Positions 25,411 through 32,000 of a DNA stretch of 32,000 nucleotides are shown piece after piece. This DNA comes from Candidatus Heimdallarchaeota archaeon B3_Heim (GTDB lineage Archaea > Asgardarchaeota > Heimdallarchaeia > Hodarchaeales > Hodarchaeaceae), in the NCBI GenBank assembly GCA_003144275.1, contig NJBF01000013.1, forward strand, positions 1 to 32,000. The letters run 5' to 3'. Each line of letters opens with the position of its first letter. Position 1 is the first letter of the stretch. A program made the position numbers and the translations under genes. The notes under the pieces are model-generated. The model was not told where the DNA came from. It did no database searches and saw only the letters and a list, made by a program, of their open reading frames with translations.

Positions 25411-27336
25411 TTATCTCTTTCTTTTTCGATAGAGTACTGCGAGCCCTATGCCTACAAATAGTGTCAGTAGGGTGAACCCTGGTGTACCATCTTCTGTTGT
25501 AGTGGTTGTAGTAGTGGTTGTAGTAGTAGTTGTAGTTGTTGCTTCAGAAGTTACATCAGCAATTACTGTTATGGATATTTCATCATTAGTAGAGTTACCA
25601 CCCACGTTATAAGCCACAAGTGTAACATTATAGGTTCCTGGATTAAGAGTTAATGTGAATGAATCAAAAGGAGAAATACTATCTGTTTCATTAACTTCTC
25701 CTTCTAGTAGAAGATCAACACGCTCTACATTAGCACTGACTTTATAATCGATCGAAAATGGATCTGTTGAGAATTGTGCGGTAGCTGTTTGAATTGCTAT
25801 ATCAGGGAAGAAATTTTGTACTCCAGCTGTACCAAAGAGAACCCAATCAAAGTACACGGGAATAATAAGTTCATTTTCATGAAAACCACTGGGAACAAAT
25901 GAAAAATCACTAAATGCTGTTTCTGCGAAAACGATGATCCGATCATTATCATTTGATAATCTTTCCGCTGCAACTAAAGGAATTTTTTCTCCACCAACAC
26001 CATCGTTGGTATCATCCCAAATAACATTAACACTAGGGCCCGTTTCATCACTCTGATAGTTATATTGGGATCCATTTACTAAAATTTGAATATTGGGTGA
26101 ATATGAATCAATATACAGCGAACTTGGCCGATATAGCTGAAAATATGGTACAACATCAGTTAGAGCAGGAAAAGACATACCTAATGGAGAATAGAAATTA
26201 TCTGTATCAATATAATGAGCTTGATACCATGCAGGATCGGTATCAATAGTGTAGACATTATCGTCATTGACACGAATTCCTGTTCCAATAGATGTTAATA
26301 GATCATTAATCCCACCAATCTGAGTGTCACCATAATGATCACCCTTTCCAGTTACAACAAGTGATCGTTGTTCGTTATTAGCTAACCAATCAGATACCGC
26401 TGCTAATTCAGAGGTAGAGAAGTTGACTTTCAACGCTGTAACAAGCAAGAAGTCAACATCATTAAGATCTGCACTTGATAAACCATTTCTATCCTTTATC
26501 ACTTCAAAACCTATACTCTGAAGATAAGAAATTAAAATTTCTAATTTATCCTCATTAAAAGAATCATTGACATATTCATTACTATGACCATAATCGATTA
26601 AAGCCTTTTTCGACGATTCTTGAACAAGCTTTGGTGCTAGAAAATCGCCAATTCCTTGTTTCCAAAGGGAGGCTACGCATCTAATAGCTCGGGTCAATTG
26701 TTCTTCAACTATTGCTTTAATGGTGGCGTTATTAACAACTTCACTATTTCGTGTATCATCTGGATATGCATCTACGATGATATCATAATACTGATGAGCA
26801 TAGGTTGCTGCATCAATTGCATACTGTCGTACATCATCAATATCTTCGTCTAAAACAATTGAACCAAGAGTAAATTGTGAATAATAGTAGTTTATATCTC
26901 CTTCAAAGGCACTATGGCCGATCCACCAAGGTCCAGTATGAATAGGTATGTTTAAATCACTGATATAATGAGCCATGACACCTCCGGCTATAAGTCCGTC
27001 TTTATAATTTCCTTGGGAGAGATTACCTACGAAGTAATTATACCAGCGTTCTACAGCTAGATGACCTGTAGTTGAATTATCATCAGGATCATAAAGATGA
27101 TTTGGAGTATCTCCAAGATCATGCCAGGAATCAGGTAGTATAGACCCTCCTTTAACGGAAGATAACATACCTGTAAATAATTCTTCCCAGTCAGAATCAA
27201 GATAATTCATAGCTGCCGCAGCAATCTCCATGTGTGTTGATAAACCCCATTGAATTGTAGCAGGAGTGGAGGTTGCAGGAACTAATGGTAAAAACGATAA
27301 TACAATTAGAAAACAGATGAGTTTTTTTTGTTTCAT
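25411..27336 (-). CDS. Surface protein: Zn-dependent phospholipase C / S1-P1 nuclease domain + GIFT/DUF4350 domain + Ig-like domain + Thr linker + PGF-CTERM-like anchor
   Basis: Signal peptide; WGLSTH, PD, HLYD, HYISDLNIPIHT, HSAFE (Zn ligands); ALIDYGH...DFLLV; TPGF-TM-RKRKR at C-terminus. Confidence 0.8.
   Translation of the reverse strand: MKQKKLICFLIVLSFLPLVPATSTPATIQWGLSTHMEIAAAAMNYLDSDWEELFTGMLSSVKGGSILPDSWHDLGDTPNHLYDPDDNSTTGHLAVERWYNYFVGNLSQGNYKDGLIAGGVMAHYISDLNIPIHTGPWWIGHSAFEGDINYYYSQFTLGSIVLDEDIDDVRQYAIDAATYAHQYYDIIVDAYPDDTRNSEVVNNATIKAIVEEQLTRAIRCVASLWKQGIGDFLAPKLVQESSKKALIDYGHSNEYVNDSFNEDKLEILISYLQSIGFEVIKDRNGLSSADLNDVDFLLVTALKVNFSTSELAAVSDWLANNEQRSLVVTGKGDHYGDTQIGGINDLLTSIGTGIRVNDDNVYTIDTDPAWYQAHYIDTDNFYSPLGMSFPALTDVVPYFQLYRPSSLYIDSYSPNIQILVNGSQYNYQSDETGPSVNVIWDDTNDGVGGEKIPLVAAERLSNDNDRIIVFAETAFSDFSFVPSGFHENELIIPVYFDWVLFGTAGVQNFFPDIAIQTATAQFSTDPFSIDYKVSANVERVDLLLEGEVNETDSISPFDSFTLTLNPGTYNVTLVAYNVGGNSTNDEISITVIADVTSEATTTTTTTTTTTTTTTEDGTPGFTLLTLFVGIGLAVLYRKRKR
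25495..25539 (-). repeat. ACN codon repeat encoding 15 consecutive Thr (surface-protein linker)
   Basis: + strand tgt/agt/ggt triplets, 45 nt, mixed synonymous codons. Confidence 0.9.
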
Positions 27337-27429
27337 ATAATAAGAGCCTCAGATTGATTTTTGTTTATCGATTAATTGTTAAAATCCGTCTTGGTTCCTT
27401 TCAAATTATGCTTTTTGAATTTTCCCTTC

Positions 27430-27471
27430 TATCAAATATAATCTTATCACTATTTATTATATCAAATATAA
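27430..27471. promoter_or_regulatory. 12-bp direct repeat TATCAAATATAA x2 (30-nt period) in the divergent intergenic region
   Basis: Copies at 27430-27441 and 27460-27471; regulatory role is inferred. Confidence 0.35.
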
Positions 27472-27602
27472 GAAATTAAAGGAAATTTGTTAGGGAGGAA
27501 TTTTTATAAAACTAGACATGAATAAGTATCTCGACTCTTTTTCACTACTGAATATGATTATATAGGTGAAACACAAAAAATACATTTTCAGAGGTTTATT
27601 TT

Positions 27603-30371
27603 ATGAAATTAAAATGGTTTTTAATAGTAATTACCTTAGTTATGCTTTTTTCTCCCTTAAGTGATACTATTGTATCCATAACAAGTGTACCAATCGATGA
27701 TAGGAATTATCAAATAAACCCCTCATTTGAGGAAGGTGTTCCTAATATTCCAAATTTAGATAAAACTCCAACTCATTTGAAAACTATTGATGTATCAGAA
27801 ACTAAAGCCAGGATCCTATTTGATGAGGCCCACACGACTCTCTACGCCAGTTTTATGGCAGCAGGACCAATTTCCACAATGGGTGGATTTCTAAATACTC
27901 TTGGTTATGAGACGGATGTCAATCAATTTAATGAATTGACACCAACATATTTGAGTGATTATGATATTTTGGCAATCTTCCTGCCTCAGAGTTCATTTAC
28001 GACTGCAGAAGTCCAAACAATCCTAGATTTTGTAAATTCAGGAGGATCGTTAATTATTGCGGGAACTGCTTATGGTTATCCTGAATATCATACTTCATCG
28101 ACGCTAAATCCTATTACAGAACCAATGAATGTATCTTATAATGATGTATTGGGTATCGATCAGTATATAACGAGTTTTCTGGATCATCCATTAGGTACAA
28201 ATATTACAAAGCTCACACTAAAAAAATCAACGATTTTTACAGTTGATTCTGGTGCTAACGTCCAAATTGTTACTAATATGTCGAGTGGAGATCCTGCTTT
28301 TGCATCCCGTGATTATGGAAATGGAAAAGTATTTTTTTCATGCACTGGAGATATTTTTACTAATCTAAGAGGGCCAGAAATACTTAAAGGTTCAGAGCAC
28401 TTCCAATTTATAGCTAATATCTTTAATTGGCTTGCAGATGAACCAATTCATTTTGTTGATGAACCAGAATGGATGCAAATACCTCTGTTAGACGATTATA
28501 CGACAACTGAAACCGAAAGACGAAACTACAAAATGCTATTAGGCACGAGTCATGTACACTCTGATGAAGGCAGTAGTGATTCAAGTACTCCTGTTAGTAA
28601 TCAAATCGATTATAGTAGAGACGCTGGACTTGATTTCATGATATTAACAGACCATCAGTCAGATACTCCTCATTTATCATGGCAGCCAGCAGCAGATTAC
28701 CTAGCAGCAAATAGTATTACTGATCTTAATATTATTAATGGTATTGAAGAGGATGCCGCTCATCTTAATCATTTTCATTCTTTCGGTATGGATACAATCC
28801 AAAGTCCAGGATCAATTCATCCCGCAAATGAATGGCAAGGAGCGTATGATACATACAAAACAGAAGGTGCTGCAATATTTCAAGCACATCCTCTTCTTTC
28901 ACGGCTCCCCTCAGCGATTACAGCCATAAATCAGTATAATTATACCTATTTACCATGCATGGATGGGTTTGAAATTGTTAATGCTGGTTTTTTTGGAAAT
29001 GATGAAGGCGGAATAGGAGAAGTTGCATTGTTGTACCCCTTTGTCAGTGGATCTGATGCCCATAGCATTTGGGGAATTAATCGATCACTGATGTATGTCT
29101 TTGTAGAAGAAAATACCGACGAGGCCATAACAGAGGCTATATTAAATCGTCAAGTTATCGTAATAAACTATTATCAAGATGTTTATAGTAGTGGTTTTTG
29201 GGTAGATGTTTGCTATCAAAATATGACAATTGGAGACAAACAATGGCTTGAAGAATTTAGCTATCGTAATAACACTGCTCATTCCCAGTATAAAATAGTC
29301 TCTGAGCTAATTGATAACGCCACAATTGCTGGTTGGGAAATTACAGAGGCGACTTCTCTGCTTTCCAAGGCTGAAGATGCAATTCGTGATATGAACTATG
29401 ATAGAGCAATGAATTATTTAGAAGAAATTATCGCTTCTTTATATTCTATTGATACATCAACTGATACTACTGGTTATGACGCTTCTGAGGATATTGAAGT
29501 CAGTTTGTCCGTCCAAGATTTCTTTTCAAATGATGTATCGTATACTGGATATGTAGAACTCCTCAATTGGGATAATACAATGATTTTGGATTCTGAATCT
29601 GGTTTGGATCTAGATACAGCAATTCTCACAATTCCCTCTATTATTCCTTCAGAAAATTATACGATAAATGTGCAATTTAAGATTAATGGAACTCTTCTTA
29701 CCAAGGCTCTTACGGTTCAACTATTTGCTGATGAATTAGCTCCAACAGTGCAATTTGTAGATATTGATAGCGGTGATATTTTTGATACTAGTTCCTTTAA
29801 CCTTCAATGGACTGGTTCTGATCTAGGAACAGGTATAGATCATTATGATCTTTACATTAATACAGAGCTAGCTTCAACGTTGACTAATACCTCCTATATG
29901 TTAAATCTTCAAGAGGGTGATGGATTATATTCTCTTGAAGTTCTTGCATTTGATCTTGCAGGAAATAATGGAACTACAGATGAAATAACAATAACTGTCG
30001 ATTCAACTGCTCCTAGTATTAGCATTACATCACCAACAACAGGGAGTACGACTGGGCCTTCCATTTCATTAACATGGACTTTATCGGAATCAGGAAGTGG
30101 AATCTCGAGTATCGAAATTCTACTTAATGGAGTTCTGACGAAAACATTTACTGACGATTCCGTACTAAGTTATGATTTAGAACTAAGTGAAGGAACTCAT
30201 ACAATTACCATTCAAGCAACAGATAATGCAGGGAATATAGACGAAGATGAGATTACTATCACTGTTGAAATTGTAACAACCACTACAGACTCTGAAACAT
30301 CTTTTATTAGCTGGTATCTTATAATTCCCATCTTAAGTGGTTTTATGATTTGGAGGAGAAAACGGAAGTAA
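27603..30371 (+). CDS. Surface protein: GIFT/DUF4350 domain + PHP (CehA/McbA-like) metallohydrolase + helical linker + Ig-like repeats + C-terminal TM anchor
   Basis: Signal peptide; ILFDEAH...YDILAIFLP...FVNSGGSLIIAG; PHP ligands HVHS, LTDH, GIEE..H..H, AHP, GFEIVN, SGSDAH; two Ig-like repeats (AFDLAGN / ATDNAGN); TTTT-TM-RRKRK. Confidence 0.8.
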   Translation: MKLKWFLIVITLVMLFSPLSDTIVSITSVPIDDRNYQINPSFEEGVPNIPNLDKTPTHLKTIDVSETKARILFDEAHTTLYASFMAAGPISTMGGFLNTLGYETDVNQFNELTPTYLSDYDILAIFLPQSSFTTAEVQTILDFVNSGGSLIIAGTAYGYPEYHTSSTLNPITEPMNVSYNDVLGIDQYITSFLDHPLGTNITKLTLKKSTIFTVDSGANVQIVTNMSSGDPAFASRDYGNGKVFFSCTGDIFTNLRGPEILKGSEHFQFIANIFNWLADEPIHFVDEPEWMQIPLLDDYTTTETERRNYKMLLGTSHVHSDEGSSDSSTPVSNQIDYSRDAGLDFMILTDHQSDTPHLSWQPAADYLAANSITDLNIINGIEEDAAHLNHFHSFGMDTIQSPGSIHPANEWQGAYDTYKTEGAAIFQAHPLLSRLPSAITAINQYNYTYLPCMDGFEIVNAGFFGNDEGGIGEVALLYPFVSGSDAHSIWGINRSLMYVFVEENTDEAITEAILNRQVIVINYYQDVYSSGFWVDVCYQNMTIGDKQWLEEFSYRNNTAHSQYKIVSELIDNATIAGWEITEATSLLSKAEDAIRDMNYDRAMNYLEEIIASLYSIDTSTDTTGYDASEDIEVSLSVQDFFSNDVSYTGYVELLNWDNTMILDSESGLDLDTAILTIPSIIPSENYTINVQFKINGTLLTKALTVQLFADELAPTVQFVDIDSGDIFDTSSFNLQWTGSDLGTGIDHYDLYINTELASTLTNTSYMLNLQEGDGLYSLEVLAFDLAGNNGTTDEITITVDSTAPSISITSPTTGSTTGPSISLTWTLSESGSGISSIEILLNGVLTKTFTDDSVLSYDLELSEGTHTITIQATDNAGNIDEDEITITVEIVTTTTDSETSFISWYLIIPILSGFMIWRRKRK

Positions 30372-30414
30372 TATTTGGTTTAAATCACTATATCCGGTCA
30401 TCGTGGTTATATAT

Positions 30415-30470
30415 GCTATTGAGGTGACAACTCTCAACTTCAATAGCCCCTTCTATTTCTTTTTCTTATT
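30415..30470 (+). terminator. Hairpin followed by pyrimidine tract downstream of the PHP surface protein gene
   Basis: GCTATTGAGGTGA...TCAACTTCAATAGC stem (30415-30447), then cccttctatttctttttcttatt. Confidence 0.45.
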
Positions 30471-30645
30471 GCGTAATTCCGTACGTTGTGGGATCGATGT
30501 TTACAGTATACAGAATAAAATCTATGCTAAATGAATTACTTTCCTAATTTAATCAGCTAATAGGAGAAATTCGATTATTAAATTTTGTCTAGAATATCAT
30601 AAAAAAGAGGGGAAGCGAGGAGAGAGATCACAGAAGCTGAATCAA

Positions 30646-31713
30646 TTACCTACCAAAAGCCATCACGTTTATTGGTTCTATTTGTATCATTACTTCCTCT
30701 CCTTCTTTGAATAGCTCATCTATATCATAACGATGAATTGTCATCTTTTTCCTCCCAAATCGCACCTCAATCCGCTCGAAGCTACCCATGTACATAATAG
30801 ACACTATTTTAGATTTGACTTCATTTATTTGTCCTTTGGGTTCACGGTAAACATTAACTTTCTCTGGCCGTATAGCTATATAAGCAGGTGCACCATTCAC
30901 TGCTTCAATTGAATAACTGGACTTTAGATTAAGATCTGTGCCTTTTACATTGACTTCTGAAGAATCGGAGCTTACTTTTTCGAATTTTCCTTGAAGCTCA
31001 TTTGCTTCTCCAATAAACGAAGCAACAAAAAATGAACTCGGCTTTTCGTAAATATCTCTTGGGGATCCATGTTGAATAATTTCACCTTCATTCATAACCG
31101 CTATTGAATCACTGATACTTAACGCTTCACTTTGATCATGAGTAACAAAGATCGCTGTGAGGTCTAACTCTTTGACAAGGGATCGAATTTCTTTTCTTGT
31201 TTCGATTCTTAGTTTAGCATCGAGATTTGAGAGTGGTTCGTCAAGTAAAAGTACATCAGGATTAATAACAAGAGCCCTAGCAACAGCTACTCGTTGTTGT
31301 TGGCCACCTGATAATTGTAATGGGGTTCGATCAAGATACTCATCCATTTTCACCATTCCAAGTGATTCAACGACTCGGTTGTGACGGAGCTCTCTTTCCA
31401 CTTTTCTTACTTTCAACCCATATTCAACATTCTCTTCAACATCCATGTGAGGCCAAAGGGCATAATTTTGGAAGACCATCCCTGTATTTCTATCCTGTGG
31501 AGATAAGCGTGTTATTTCTCTATCATCAAAATAAATTTTACCTGTATCTGGGATATTGAAACCTGCGATAGTTCTAAGAGTGGTACTTTTACCACAGCCA
31601 CTTGGACCTAGAAAAGTTAATATTTCGCCCCCTTTTGCTTCTATAGTCACGTTTTTAACAGCTTCAAAGTCGCCAAATCGTTTTGTAACGTTTTCTAGCT
31701 TTACAGTAGTCAT
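30646..31713 (-). CDS. ABC transporter ATP-binding protein (PotA/FbpC/MalK-like, C-terminal TOBE domain)
   Basis: Walker A GPSGCGKS, Q-loop VFQNYALWPH, LSGGQQQRVA, LLLDEP, VTHDQ, FVASFIG. Confidence 0.93.
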   Translation of the reverse strand: MTTVKLENVTKRFGDFEAVKNVTIEAKGGEILTFLGPSGCGKSTTLRTIAGFNIPDTGKIYFDDREITRLSPQDRNTGMVFQNYALWPHMDVEENVEYGLKVRKVERELRHNRVVESLGMVKMDEYLDRTPLQLSGGQQQRVAVARALVINPDVLLLDEPLSNLDAKLRIETRKEIRSLVKELDLTAIFVTHDQSEALSISDSIAVMNEGEIIQHGSPRDIYEKPSSFFVASFIGEANELQGKFEKVSSDSSEVNVKGTDLNLKSSYSIEAVNGAPAYIAIRPEKVNVYREPKGQINEVKSKIVSIMYMGSFERIEVRFGRKKMTIHRYDIDELFKEGEEVMIQIEPINVMAFGR

Positions 31714-32000
31714 TTTACATCCGCCATAGAATCATTAACTATCCTCATTTATTCTCATTGTTTGCAAACTTTGGGATAGAATTTCTTATATATCTTTTGA
31801 ATTTTTCAATTTGAATAATACTCATCTCTAAAAAGTGTTTTCTGGTTCTCTATACTGTTATCTTTACACAAAAGTATGTTGAATCCACTATATACCGATA
31901 TTTAGTTATTCAATCTACAACAATATCTTAATAAACTACTCAAAGATTTATTACTGGGACTAGAATGTCTCTAAATTTATCTAGTTCGAGAGAATAATAA

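Noticed and set aside
25495-25539. Thr-codon run as a phase-variation or slippage locus
   Set aside because: Triplet unit with mixed synonymous codons keeps frame; it is an ordinary glycosylated-type linker of archaeal surface proteins.
1-32000. Mobile elements, CRISPR arrays, rRNA or prophage genes
   Set aside because: No transposase, integrase or cas motifs, terminal inverted repeats, repeat-spacer arrays or rRNA-like sequence were seen; no att-like duplication of either tRNA 3' end was noticed.

Overview
AT-rich, gene-dense chromosomal window from an archaeon, very probably an Asgard archaeon (Heimdallarchaeia, best guess Hodarchaeales). Support for this is the set eS26, eS19, eS6, Elf1, PDCD5 and a roadblock protein, plus an EF-2 whose sequence is strikingly eukaryote-like. 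Most of the window is information-processing housekeeping: aIF5B, SRP19, RlmE, Trm1, multi-OB RPA, EngB, EF-2, RIO2, LSm, DUF460 and two tRNAs. The right end holds a divergent pair of large membrane-anchored surface metallo-phosphoesterases and an ABC ATPase. I saw no CRISPR array, rRNA or mobile element. Items missed or truncated by the ORF track: a Lys/Thr/Ala-rich (histone H1-like) ORF running off the left edge; a tRNA-Pro with a D-loop intron; tRNA-Arg(UCG); and a probable PD-(D/E)XK nuclease whose N-terminal third lies upstream of the called ATG (possible ATA start). Leading hypotheses are (i) a GIFT/DUF4350-domain surface phosphoester-scavenging module, (ii) a GIFT type-I membrane protein co-operonic with a dolichol-kinase-like gene (possible N-glycosylation link), and (iii) a RIO2-DUF460-LSm RNA-maturation unit. 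All family calls are from motif recognition by eye; no database search was run.
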